Part shown: positions 1 to 8,643 of the stretch, piece by piece
Position numbering within the stretch: position 1 is the stretch's first letter
Layout of the letters: each line of letters opens with the position of its first letter
Sequence record: NC_022096.1
Direction: 5' to 3' (one strand)
Length of the DNA stretch: 64,000 nt
Program-made: the position numbers and the translations under genes
Notes under the pieces: model-generated
The model's input: only the letters and a program-made list of their open reading frames with translations
The model's database searches: none
What the model was told of the DNA's origin: nothing

Positions 1-114
1 GTCCTTGATGAAGTCCGGGTTCTGGGCGTTCTGTTGGCAGATGATCAGCGCCTGAAACTGATGGTCTGTCATCTGAGACTGCGGGTACTGATACAGCAGC
101 TTGAGTTCGTTCAC
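1..114 (-). CDS. hypothetical protein, partial (runs off window start)
   Basis: GTG at 114 overlaps TGA of 111..845; frame open to position 1 (VNELKLLYQYPQSQ...). Confidence 0.55.
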   Translation of the reverse strand, partial: MNELKLLYQYPQSQMTDHQFQALIICQQNAQNPDFIKD

Positions 115-845
115 GGGCGCTTCCTCACGTTACCTTGGTGCGGGAAATACTCAGCCAGTTCTTCTTCGGTGATTTCCTGACGCAAGGTCAGGTACACCTT
201 GTAGGCGACAGCTTCGACATCCGCCTCGATGTTGTCCGCAAACACCAAGTTGCCGTATTGCAAGATGATGTCGTCGGTGTGCGCGTTGTGCGCCAGTGCA
301 ACGAGGTCTGCGCCATCAGGTCCGTACGCATACACGTCGATGTAGTCAGGGCTGCCCTCGTAGAACTGTTCCTTGCGAGAGCCAGTGAGTTGACGCTTGG
401 TCTTCACCCACTCATCGAAGTACAGCGTCCGATCAGGAGCACGCGAGTCGATAGCCAATTGGATGGCGTCTTCCGAGGCAATCGCAGCGTCCAGCGGAGT
501 GAGAGTGATCCAGGCGTCGCGCGGACGTGCTTCGCCGTGATGGGCGCTGCGCACATAACGCAGATAGGCCTGATACGCAGGCTCCATGCACAGGGCAGTG
601 CGCAGAGCATCAGCGTACGGGCAGTAGACCAAACCGATGACGATACGCTCAGCTCGACCACCGAAGGTTTGGCCACACTCGATCAGCCAGTGGGTTACGT
701 GTTCTTCACCGTCGTAGTCCTCGTTGCGCATGTTGTGGTATGCGCGGGTGAAGTTCGGGTCGGTGATGTCTGCGGCGAGCATGGAGCTCAGCGGGATGCC
801 GCTCTTGACGTGCAGGGTCTTTGCCAGTTGTCGATGCAGGTTCAT
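111..845 (-). CDS. hypothetical protein
   Basis: 244 aa ORF, GGAG RBS upstream, same strand as neighbours. Confidence 0.75.
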   Translation of the reverse strand: MNLHRQLAKTLHVKSGIPLSSMLAADITDPNFTRAYHNMRNEDYDGEEHVTHWLIECGQTFGGRAERIVIGLVYCPYADALRTALCMEPAYQAYLRYVRSAHHGEARPRDAWITLTPLDAAIASEDAIQLAIDSRAPDRTLYFDEWVKTKRQLTGSRKEQFYEGSPDYIDVYAYGPDGADLVALAHNAHTDDIILQYGNLVFADNIEADVEAVAYKVYLTLRQEITEEELAEYFPHQGNVRKRP

Positions 846-865
846 ACTACGTTCTCCAGTAGGTT

Positions 866-896
866 ATGGTTCCTGTGTCCAGTTATCAGGAACCAT
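866..896 (-). other. intergenic stem-loop (10-bp perfect stem, 11-nt loop)
   Basis: ATGGTTCCTG-N11-CAGGAACCAT; no U-tract. Confidence 0.6.
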
Positions 897-918
897 GTTG
901 TTGCCGGGCGCGGCAGAT

Positions 919-1194
919 TTAGCTCAGGTCAGCATTGACCAATTCGATGATTTGAGGGATCAGCTCGGACGCACACACGTTGCCGAGTTCACGCTGCATG
1001 GCGCGCAGCGGATTGGGTGTGCCATCTTCACGCAGAGTGAACGCCAGAGGAGCGTCGCCTGCCAGCTTCACGGCTTCCTCGGCGTTTACGTCACTGTGCG
1101 AAACGAACAGCGTGCGCTCCTCGCCTCCGTCAGTGTAGGTCAGTGCCAGATTTGTTGCGCGAGGTGCCACAGTTGCGATTACAAGACGGACCAT
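919..1194 (-). CDS. hypothetical protein
   Basis: ATG at 1194 overlaps upstream TGA (TGATG); 91 aa. Confidence 0.65.
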   Translation of the reverse strand: MVRLVIATVAPRATNLALTYTDGGEERTLFVSHSDVNAEEAVKLAGDAPLAFTLREDGTPNPLRAMQRELGNVCASELIPQIIELVNADLS

Positions 1195-2066
1195 CAGATA
1201 CTCCTTACGATGCTTGGGAATTGTACGCCCTCTACCCATTGCAGAGGTACGTTGAGGTTGTTGTGATAGTAGCGAGCCAACACGCGCTGGAAGCTGATGT
1301 CGGCTTGTGTGTAGTCACGGTTGCGGCCGCCAGGCACGCTGTTCAGATCGCACTGCATACGGCGTTGCATGTGCCCGTAGAACTCAAACACCTTGCGAAC
1401 GAGCCCGTCGCGGAGCAGAGTGTCTGCTGGCAGGTAGTGATTACCGCGCAGGTACTGTACCGTGGCGTTGACTGCGGACACGCTACCGAAGGCGCTGTAG
1501 TTCTCCATGTCATTGCGCTCGGTCAAACGCGGTTTGATTTCGTGCGTTTCGAGGATATGCTCGACCATGAGACCATAGCGCAGCGCATGGATGATGCCCT
1601 TGGCGGTCAGCTTGTTCTCGCGCTTGGGCTCCAGGTTACGGTGCATCTGCGAGAAATACGCATCGACCATGGCGCGCAGATCGATGTACGCGGCAGCCGT
1701 AGCGGAAATGTGGTCGATGCAATCGCCATGGGCGAGGATCGAACCGCCTGCGAGGATTTCGTGGATGAACGCATCGCTGCGCACCAGCATGCCCATGAAC
1801 TTGCGGAAGTCGAAGCCTTGCAGCTCGAAACGCAGTCCGCCTTCGTTCGGGAACTCCAAGTCCTGGCGGAAGGTATCGTCGGTGTTGGTGACGGTGCCCA
1901 TCCAAGGCTTCTTGATGTAGACGAAGCGGATGTCGTAGTCACTGCGGTCGGTACTGTAACCCCAACTGCGACTGCCAGCTTCCCACACTGCCATGGTCAC
2001 CAGGCCGTGATCCCGCTCCAGCATTGCGATGATGCCTTTCAGGCGATCAGTAAGTGAGTATTTCAT
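1194..2066 (-). CDS. Pol-beta superfamily nucleotidyltransferase (RlaP/YcgL-like, PF10127-type)
   Basis: motif WEAGSRSWGYSTDRSDYDIRFVY = GS-x(9-10)-D-x-D. Confidence 0.85.
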   Translation of the reverse strand: MKYSLTDRLKGIIAMLERDHGLVTMAVWEAGSRSWGYSTDRSDYDIRFVYIKKPWMGTVTNTDDTFRQDLEFPNEGGLRFELQGFDFRKFMGMLVRSDAFIHEILAGGSILAHGDCIDHISATAAAYIDLRAMVDAYFSQMHRNLEPKRENKLTAKGIIHALRYGLMVEHILETHEIKPRLTERNDMENYSAFGSVSAVNATVQYLRGNHYLPADTLLRDGLVRKVFEFYGHMQRRMQCDLNSVPGGRNRDYTQADISFQRVLARYYHNNLNVPLQWVEGVQFPSIVRSI

Positions 2067-2629
2067 CAGGCCTCCAAGGCGAAGCTATCGTCGTCTGCGC
2101 AGTCAGTGTATGGGATGTTGTGCGATTCCAGGTAGTTGATGATACCTTCGCGCCGAGCGGATTTCAGATGACGAGCCAGATCGTGAGCGTTCATCCCGTC
2201 CCGTTCGACGCCACTGCGTGCTACCATGATTTGACTGTCGATTGCCTGACACAGTGCCGTGACATCCACAATAGGCACTTCAACTTTGGGACTCTCGCCC
2301 ACGACGTGCAGGCAGTTGAGCGCAATCGGTCCAAGATACTTGCGCTTGAGTTCGCGGATGCGGTCATTGTTGCGAATGACGTTGAGGCCGGAAGCATAGC
2401 CGCCAGAGGCGCTGCTGAGTGTCAGCTTCTCCAGTTCGGCCCACGGACACACAGGAACGGCAGCTTCCTTGTCCGCTGTCAGATACCACACATGCGGATT
2501 GTTTGGTGCCGGGAACGCAGCCCACATACGAACACCGCCGTGGTTGGTGTAGCGATAAGAGCTGGACTGGATGCCGAGTTCTTCGGCAGTGTAGATACGA
2601 ACCGGTGTTCCAGAAACGATTTTGGTCAT
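2066..2629 (-). CDS. hypothetical protein
   Basis: 187 aa, stop coupled to next start. Confidence 0.7.
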   Translation of the reverse strand: MTKIVSGTPVRIYTAEELGIQSSSYRYTNHGGVRMWAAFPAPNNPHVWYLTADKEAAVPVCPWAELEKLTLSSASGGYASGLNVIRNNDRIRELKRKYLGPIALNCLHVVGESPKVEVPIVDVTALCQAIDSQIMVARSGVERDGMNAHDLARHLKSARREGIINYLESHNIPYTDCADDDSFALEA

Positions 2630-2638
2630 GGCCTTGCC

Positions 2639-3352
2639 TTATCCGAAGGGGTTGGTCTTACGTTCTACCAGGATGCCGTACTTGTCCAGTCGCTCGTACA
2701 ACAGGTCGAGTTCCTCTGGCTGCAACTGGCTCATCAGGTTCTCCAGTACCTTGCGCCATTGCTCGACCAGAACTTTCGGTATCTGCTGTATCTTGCCGAA
2801 GCGATCCGGCGCGTAGATCGCTTCCACAGTGTCAGCGATAAACTCGATGGTCTGCCGGCGCAAACGCATCGGGTCGGTATCGGACCAGTGTTCGATGACG
2901 TGAGGCATCAGCAATTGCGGAAGACCGTGGTGGCCAATCTGCGAATGCTCTCGGTGTGCCCACATCATCTTGGTAATGCTGTCGATGTTGTCGCGCACGA
3001 CATCCAGCGCGGACATCACCTCGCCCGCCTTGTCGTACAGCCCGTCGTGTGCAGTTTGCACCAACTCTTTGGCGGCAGCCAAGCCTGCAGCACGCACGGT
3101 GTCCAGCCCTTCTGCACGAAAGCGGTGATCGGCGTAGGCTTTGGCGAGACGCGAGACTACTTCCTCGAAGGAGCTGATCGGCAGCACGTAGCCGTTGACC
3201 TCGATCTTCACCGACATGGACTTAACATCGTACCCGGGCACCTTGACAACTTTCTCGATGAACTCGTCGCCACTGTGCAACAACAACCAAGCCAGTACAC
3301 TTTGGCGGTTACGCTCGGCTGCATGGAAGTCAAACTGTTCAGTGTTGCTCAT
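2639..3352 (-). CDS. hypothetical protein
   Basis: start moved to MSNTEQ (GGAG RBS); 237 aa. Confidence 0.7.
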   Translation of the reverse strand: MSNTEQFDFHAAERNRQSVLAWLLLHSGDEFIEKVVKVPGYDVKSMSVKIEVNGYVLPISSFEEVVSRLAKAYADHRFRAEGLDTVRAAGLAAAKELVQTAHDGLYDKAGEVMSALDVVRDNIDSITKMMWAHREHSQIGHHGLPQLLMPHVIEHWSDTDPMRLRRQTIEFIADTVEAIYAPDRFGKIQQIPKVLVEQWRKVLENLMSQLQPEELDLLYERLDKYGILVERKTNPFG

Positions 3353-3812
3353 ACGGGTTCTCCAGAGCACGGCGCAGCTCGACACTGCGGATGGGTTCTT
3401 GGTCAGCGACCGCTGCTGTGATTGCCATGCAGATGGCGTGCATTTCGGTGTAGTAGCCGCTGGTATCGACCTTGACGGTAAACTCACCACCACCAAGCCC
3501 GAAGCGCATGCCGATGACTTCAACGGAACACGGGTTCACCTTGAGGTCGTAACGCTTCGCAGCCAGCAGCATCATCGCCTGCTGGATATTGTTCGCAGGA
3601 TCAAACTCCAGCGTCAATCGGATGCTGCGATCAACGCTCATCGGGTCGATGTACGTCGCCATCCAACGGCCAGAGTTGGGTATCCCAGGTTGCAGCGGGT
3701 CGGGCTTCCACACAATCGGCAAGCCAACAGCCTTAGCTGCGCGTTCCACCATACGCTTGTATTGACTGTGCATCACTTCACCCCAGGCTTCTTGTCTTCG
3801 ATGGAAGTCCAC
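3339..3812 (-). CDS. hypothetical protein (weak resemblance to phage ABA-sandwich family)
   Basis: FDPANNIQQAMMLL motif; start may be the second ATG. Confidence 0.55.
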   Translation of the reverse strand: MDFHRRQEAWGEVMHSQYKRMVERAAKAVGLPIVWKPDPLQPGIPNSGRWMATYIDPMSVDRSIRLTLEFDPANNIQQAMMLLAAKRYDLKVNPCSVEVIGMRFGLGGGEFTVKVDTSGYYTEMHAICMAITAAVADQEPIRSVELRRALENPYEQH

Positions 3813-4399
3813 TCAAACCACACCTCGTACTCGCCAGGTTCGTTCAACCAGTAACTGAGTTCGAGGCCGGTGATATGGCCGAGTTCGTTGGTCTCGTTCT
3901 GCAGGTGTGTGACCGCACCCCAGCTGCCGTCTTCCCGTTCGCGCTTGAGTTCGCTGATCGGACAGCCTGGAATCATCTTGCCATCGACGTTCTTGAGGAT
4001 GCTGACCTGCGTTTTCCACGGGTCGCATTCTTTCGGGTACGGCACCTGAACAGTGGCAGGCACGTCGATCTTGAACGCGCTAGAGATACGGCGCTGCACC
4101 TCGTACACAGGCTTGCAGGACATAACCACGGCAGGCGCAGTGATCAGTGTGTGCGTACGGCGATCGGTGCGAACGTAACGCGCATAACCGCCGTAAGTTG
4201 ACGCCAGATGACGCGGACATGCTTCGTTGCGCTCAAACTCGAAGATGGTCGGACCTAGGGCATACTCCTTAGGCCAGGTATAACCGCCGTTGTACCCGAA
4301 GCTAACGCCAATCAACAGGTAGTCTTTGTGGCGTTGGTCTACGCTCATGGCGCTGTGCGGAATAATCAAACTCATCTGCAAACTCCTTATCCTTACCAA
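3773..4399 (-). CDS. hypothetical protein
   Basis: about 200 aa; AAGGAG RBS precedes MQMSL/MSL start; first gene after promoter P1. Confidence 0.65.
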   Translation of the reverse strand: MVRIRSLQMSLIIPHSAMSVDQRHKDYLLIGVSFGYNGGYTWPKEYALGPTIFEFERNEACPRHLASTYGGYARYVRTDRRTHTLITAPAVVMSCKPVYEVQRRISSAFKIDVPATVQVPYPKECDPWKTQVSILKNVDGKMIPGCPISELKREREDGSWGAVTHLQNETNELGHITGLELSYWLNEPGEYEVWFEWTSIEDKKPGVK

Positions 4400-4445
4400 T
4401 AGGTGTAACCACTATGCCATAGAGAACTTGCGCTCTCGCACGTCC

Positions 4446-4490
4446 AGTTTAGCATAACTGCAATCAGTAGTCTACGGCGATAGCGGTTAT
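4446..4490 (-). promoter_or_regulatory. promoter P1 (sigma70-like extended -10, conserved spacer, upstream box)
   Basis: minus strand ATAACCGCTA-N5-GTAGAC-N15-TGC-TAAACT; architecture repeated at 12779 and 20617. Confidence 0.7.
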
Positions 4491-4492
4491 GT

Positions 4493-4954
4493 TTATTGCT
4501 GAGGTTTCTCTCGCACCGACTCGACGGTGAAGCGCAGGTTGCCTTGCAGCGACATAACCAGCAGGCGAATCAAATCGGCAGTGTACCCGAGCCGCCGATG
4601 GGCGTTGTTCAATGCGTTTGAAACGATGTTGGTTTCCGTCGTGGAAATCTCTGCCAGCACTTTGCCGATGGAGTTGCGCGCCTGCGTTGCAAAGATCGTG
4701 ACCTGCATCGCCAGCGCTTGATACAGTGTTGCCTGTTGCCTGACATCGAACTCGATCTGGATAGGCAAGCGATCTTGCCAACCGTTGTCAACAATGGCGT
4801 GCAGTCGGCGAACAGCACGTCCGGTTGGGCAGTTTCCGAGTACACCATACTGGCCAATTAGCGGCTGCAAGATGTCTACAGCCCAAGCGCGATGTATTAG
4901 GCACTCTTGTACAGCCTGACCGGCCTGATCAATTACTTTGAAGTTGAGGTTCAT
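4493..4954 (-). CDS. hypothetical protein
   Basis: 153 aa, GGAGAAGG upstream. Confidence 0.7.
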   Translation of the reverse strand: MNLNFKVIDQAGQAVQECLIHRAWAVDILQPLIGQYGVLGNCPTGRAVRRLHAIVDNGWQDRLPIQIEFDVRQQATLYQALAMQVTIFATQARNSIGKVLAEISTTETNIVSNALNNAHRRLGYTADLIRLLVMSLQGNLRFTVESVREKPQQ

Positions 4955-5162
4955 TGCCTTCTCCTGCGTCGCTCCAGTAATACGCCATGATCGAAGTAAC
5001 AGTTCGTCCGACCTCGCGTTGCGCTTGCTGGTCGACCGTTGGCAGCTTGTTCCACCAGTTCATGGCAGCACGCATACGGTCTACGGTTGACGTGCATTTG
5101 GCGTTCCTAGCTCGATGAGCAGCCAGCCTATCGAACCATTCTTTCTCTGTCATCTGTTCCAT
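4929..5162 (-). CDS. hypothetical protein
   Basis: 77 aa; start lies inside a promoter-like repeat. Confidence 0.55.
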   Translation of the reverse strand: MEQMTEKEWFDRLAAHRARNAKCTSTVDRMRAAMNWWNKLPTVDQQAQREVGRTVTSIMAYYWSDAGEGNEPQLQSN

Positions 5163-5182
5163 AACTGCAATCAGTCGTCCAC
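5160..5182 (-). promoter_or_regulatory. degenerate copy P2 of promoter/operator motif
   Basis: 16-nt identity to 4453-4468 (CATAACTGCAATCAGT); GTGGAC at -35 position; no good -10. Confidence 0.5.
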
Positions 5183-5192
5183 AGTGGATAAG

Positions 5193-5227
5193 AAAAAGGC
5201 GGTGGGACCGCTAGATCGCACCGCCTT
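5193..5227 (-). terminator. rho-independent terminator
   Basis: AAGGCGGTG-N14-CACCGCCTT followed by TTTCTT on minus strand. Confidence 0.75.
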
Positions 5228-5230
5228 GGT

Positions 5231-5737
5231 TTAGTTGCTGACCCGATTGATCAGCCGATTGAAAAGCTGCGCCTCACGTTCGTGAGCCAGGTGCAGCCTC
5301 TCCATGGTAGCCTGCACGTCTGCAAAAGAGACGTTGCCGAGAATGACACGCGCCTCTTGGCAGTGAGTCTCGATGAACCGCAGTTTGTTTTGCACCACGT
5401 TGTGCCTGCCGCCGAGTTCTTGGTTCTCCAGCTCCTTCGCAACCATACTACGGGCGGCATCGATTTCGTTCAATAGCTGCATGGTCGCGGCAAGCGCCTT
5501 GGTGTACTGCTTGATGTCTTCCTGTCGGTACGCATAGAGCTCCGACGTGAAGGTCTGTGCCGTGGTGAGGGTGTCGTGGCACATGCTCTTTGTTTGATCA
5601 AACAGCGCCAGAGATTCGTTGCGTGCCGCGCGCAATGCGTTCTTGGCAATGCGCAGCTTGTTGTGCAGCACGGTCAGGTAGATCGCACCGCCAACAGCCA
5701 GGATGAGTGTGATGAAGTTGGCCCAGGAGAAGCTCAT
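5231..5737 (-). CDS. N-terminally membrane-anchored coiled-coil protein
   Basis: hydrophobic ANFITLILAVGGAIYLTVL then helical heptad-like region. Confidence 0.7.
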   Translation of the reverse strand: MSFSWANFITLILAVGGAIYLTVLHNKLRIAKNALRAARNESLALFDQTKSMCHDTLTTAQTFTSELYAYRQEDIKQYTKALAATMQLLNEIDAARSMVAKELENQELGGRHNVVQNKLRFIETHCQEARVILGNVSFADVQATMERLHLAHEREAQLFNRLINRVSN

Positions 5738-5765
5738 AGATAGTCACCGTACTGTTTTCAGTAGT

Positions 5766-6131
5766 TCACAGTTTCTTGTACGCCTGCGGGTCTTCGCGTG
5801 TTGGGTCGATCACGTACCCGTGCTTGATGCACCACTGCTGCAACGGAGGGTACCGCACCTCTTCGATGCGCACACCGTCGTAGCCGTGTTCTTTAGCCAA
5901 GCGCTCGATTGCTATGACCAGTTCTTTGAAATAGCCCTTGCCCTTGTCGGCTTCGCGGGTCAGGTAAACATGGCTGATGCCGACAGCCCACTTCCACTGT
6001 CGCGTTTCAACATCCAGATGGTACTCGCCAGCACGAAGGTAAATGTGGATGTTGTGATCTTCAAACCAAAGGGACCGCGTGTGGCTTGCGGTCCTTTGAG
6101 TTTCGATGAATTGGCGAATTGCCTCCATCAT
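5766..6131 (-). CDS. GNAT-like N-acetyltransferase
   Basis: HVYLTREADKGKGYFKELV (acetyl-CoA loop R/KxxGxG/Y-like) and terminal WCIKHGY. Confidence 0.6.
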   Translation of the reverse strand: MMEAIRQFIETQRTASHTRSLWFEDHNIHIYLRAGEYHLDVETRQWKWAVGISHVYLTREADKGKGYFKELVIAIERLAKEHGYDGVRIEEVRYPPLQQWCIKHGYVIDPTREDPQAYKKL

Positions 6132-6355
6132 ATGCGGATGACCTCAGGTTCGATGTCGAAGTTGTCGCGCACATACTGAACACCCATGCCTTTCGACACT
6201 TCCATGCTCAGCATCTGCGGACTTCCGTCGTACGGAAACACGGCGAGAGGCAGGTCCGTTTCGAGCCGCACAAGATCGGTACCGTGCTGCTCGATGACGA
6301 GGACTCGCGTGATCTTGAAGGGCGCGTTTGCACCCTTCCGATCTTTTCTACCCAT
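6128..6355 (-). CDS. hypothetical protein
   Basis: 75 aa, AGGAGAG RBS. Confidence 0.65.
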   Translation of the reverse strand: MGRKDRKGANAPFKITRVLVIEQHGTDLVRLETDLPLAVFPYDGSPQMLSMEVSKGMGVQYVRDNFDIEPEVIRI

Positions 6356-6364
6356 ACGCTCTCC

Positions 6365-6784
6365 TTAGCTACCGGCAGGCAGCGCTGCGCGATACAGGGT
6401 CGGACCCTTGGCGCCGTCTTTGCCCAGGTTGGTCAGGCCGGACGACGGCTCTTTCGCTGCCTTGGCGAACAGGCCGGCGTACTTGGTGACTTCTTTCGTC
6501 TCGGCACTCGCGAGCGGCTCGAAGCCTTCGATCAGGTCCTTGAAAGTGAACTTGCCTTCGCGCACGCGAGCCAGCGCCAGCAGTTGCTCGACGGTCTGCT
6601 GCTGCTCGGACTTCGGAGCTTCCGCCACAGTGGTCTTCACAGGAGCCAGCGTCGGGTCAGTAGTCAGCAGGAACTCGTTGAAGCGTTCGGCCAGGTGCTG
6701 GTTGAAGTCACGGCCGAGTTCTTCGGCTTCTTCTGCGGTTTTGATGATTGCACGATCTTCGACGATCAGGAGAATGAATGCCAT
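6365..6784 (-). CDS. hypothetical protein
   Basis: 139 aa, AAGGAAAG RBS. Confidence 0.7.
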   Translation of the reverse strand: MAFILLIVEDRAIIKTAEEAEELGRDFNQHLAERFNEFLLTTDPTLAPVKTTVAEAPKSEQQQTVEQLLALARVREGKFTFKDLIEGFEPLASAETKEVTKYAGLFAKAAKEPSSGLTNLGKDGAKGPTLYRAALPAGS

Positions 6785-6798
6785 GATGCTTTCCTTTT

Positions 6799-6927
6799 TC
6801 AGAGTTTGTGGAACAGTGCCATTAGGCGATCCAGTTCGCAGCTTTGCGGCTGCGGTTTCTGGGGTTGCTGTACAACAGGCTTCGCAGCCTGTTTGGGTTG
6901 AATCGGTGTTGCAGGTTTCTGTTGCAT
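6799..6927 (-). CDS. small Pro/Gln/Lys-rich protein (42 aa, absent from ORF track)
   Basis: MQQKPATPIQPKQAAKPVVQQPQKPQPQSCELDRLMALFHKL*; fills the gap; weak GGA RBS. Confidence 0.45.
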   Translation of the reverse strand: MQQKPATPIQPKQAAKPVVQQPQKPQPQSCELDRLMALFHKL

Positions 6928-6943
6928 TTTATTTCCATGCGGT

Positions 6944-6970
6944 AAAAGCGATGGGGCGATCCCATCGCTT
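6944..6970 (-). terminator. rho-independent terminator
   Basis: AAGCGATGGG-N5-CCCATCGCTT then TT on minus strand, after 6992..8608. Confidence 0.7.
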
Positions 6971-6991
6971 GTTTACACTACAGCAATGGCG

Positions 6992-8608
6992 TCACTCCAT
7001 ACGATCCAGAATGTAGACCGTCTTACCCGTCTTGGAAGTCACACGCACGCGCACCTGCTGGTTGGTATGCCCGATGAAGTGCAGACCAGCCGCCTCCTGC
7101 TCATCGACGTGCGTGAGCTGACCGTCGTTGCTGTACGCTTCGATGGTGGAGCGGATTTCGTGCAGTTCGTGGCGCAGGTCTTCGGCGAAGATGGCCAAGC
7201 CCGCATCCGAGGTGTCTTGTGCACCGTCGAGCACGAACAGCACGCCGTTCTTCGGGAAGCCCTGCGGATCATTCCACTCCCAGGGCATCTTGGCAATGCC
7301 GACGACCTCGTTGAAGTCGCTTTCGAGCAGACCGAAGTGTCGCCCGAACTGACCCTTGGTGTGAACGTAGAAGCTCACAGGGTTGCGAGCATCTTCGCGG
7401 TCCCAGCGCACAAGCGGCGGCGCGTCCTTGTTGACGGCAGTCACCATGGCACCCAGTGCATGGCGAGAGGAGCCGATGTAGACTTCCATCTTGAGGGCAT
7501 CAGGCAGAACGGTACGGGCAAACTTCGCCCAAGTGATTTCACCACCTTTGATCGTCGGCAGCTCTTTCGCCTGAGTGCGCTTCTCATCCTTCGTCACCAG
7601 ATGACCGAACACACCGTCCTTGGGTTTGCTTTGTGCAACTGCCTTCGGCGTCCAGAGAGTTTGAATCTCGGACATACCGGCCCAGCGCCGCTCCAGTGCC
7701 AGCTCCAGATTCAACTGGGAAATCAGCACTTCGGCGCGGCTCACATTGCCGGCAGTGGGTGCAGCCGTCGGCCGCATGTACTTGTCAGGAGCCGTACGCT
7801 CGTTGAAGTCGGCAATCGCAGCTTCAACGCTTTCACCGCCGATCAGGTCGTCCAGCAGTTTACCCAGAACGGTCGTCCGCGGCGAACATAGCGCACTGTT
7901 GGCCGAGGCCACGATGCGCCACAGCACGTTCGTACGGCGCGACTTGACTTTGCTTGCGTTGGCGATCTTGTTCTTGGCTTCGATCAGGAACTGGATCGTC
8001 GGCAGAAACTCCTGATGGCGATTCAGCTTCTCGGTCTTGAGCAGATGTTCTACCTGCTCCAAGTACACCATGTCGTACTCGCTGAGCGCACGCTTGAGGG
8101 TCTTGAAGTCCTCGCCTTTAGAGGCTTCCATAGCCATGGCCGTAGTGAGACTACCTTTCGGCATCTGCACGTTGCCGCCATCGAGGATGATGCCGAAGTG
8201 CGGGAAGCCATTCGTTTCGATGTGACCCAGAGTAGCGTACTCGCTGTATGCGACGCCCGTGACTTGCGCACCCTTGAGTCGCGTCTCCAGATGATGGATC
8301 GCGTCCTGGTAGTCGTCAGTCGCCTCGTCTGCATCCCAGAACGCTGGGACCAGATCACCGGCGGGTGTGATGAACACCAGATTGCCCCACTGGCGCATGA
8401 ACTCGCGGCAGGCGGTGCAGTCGTGCTCTTTGCGCAGCTCCGGCGTATCGAACGTCTCCAGATAGCCGCTGCTCAGGTGCTTGACGTGACCAACGCGGAA
8501 CAGGTTAGGGCCGTACTTCGCCATCTTGGCGTGGAAGGCCGCGTGCAGGTTGGTCGCCGTTTCGCGGAAGGTGTCGATGCTGTGTTGCGACGGTGTCTTC
8601 GATTTCAT
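6992..8608 (-). CDS. conserved large-phage hypothetical protein with CxxC motif
   Basis: 538 aa; KEHDCTACREFMRQWGNLV; GAGAGAAG RBS. Confidence 0.8.
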   Translation of the reverse strand: MKSKTPSQHSIDTFRETATNLHAAFHAKMAKYGPNLFRVGHVKHLSSGYLETFDTPELRKEHDCTACREFMRQWGNLVFITPAGDLVPAFWDADEATDDYQDAIHHLETRLKGAQVTGVAYSEYATLGHIETNGFPHFGIILDGGNVQMPKGSLTTAMAMEASKGEDFKTLKRALSEYDMVYLEQVEHLLKTEKLNRHQEFLPTIQFLIEAKNKIANASKVKSRRTNVLWRIVASANSALCSPRTTVLGKLLDDLIGGESVEAAIADFNERTAPDKYMRPTAAPTAGNVSRAEVLISQLNLELALERRWAGMSEIQTLWTPKAVAQSKPKDGVFGHLVTKDEKRTQAKELPTIKGGEITWAKFARTVLPDALKMEVYIGSSRHALGAMVTAVNKDAPPLVRWDREDARNPVSFYVHTKGQFGRHFGLLESDFNEVVGIAKMPWEWNDPQGFPKNGVLFVLDGAQDTSDAGLAIFAEDLRHELHEIRSTIEAYSNDGQLTHVDEQEAAGLHFIGHTNQQVRVRVTSKTGKTVYILDRME

Positions 8609-8643
8609 GTTCTTCTCTCTTTTTCAGTAGATAGCACGACTGT

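Noticed and set aside
5231-5737. Possible i-spanin (N-terminal TM plus coiled coil)
   Set aside because: No embedded or adjacent lipoprotein o-spanin ORF was recognised, and it is far from the lysin.
6970-6980. GTGTAAAC as a promoter element
   Set aside because: It lies immediately upstream of a terminator hairpin, so it could not drive a downstream gene.
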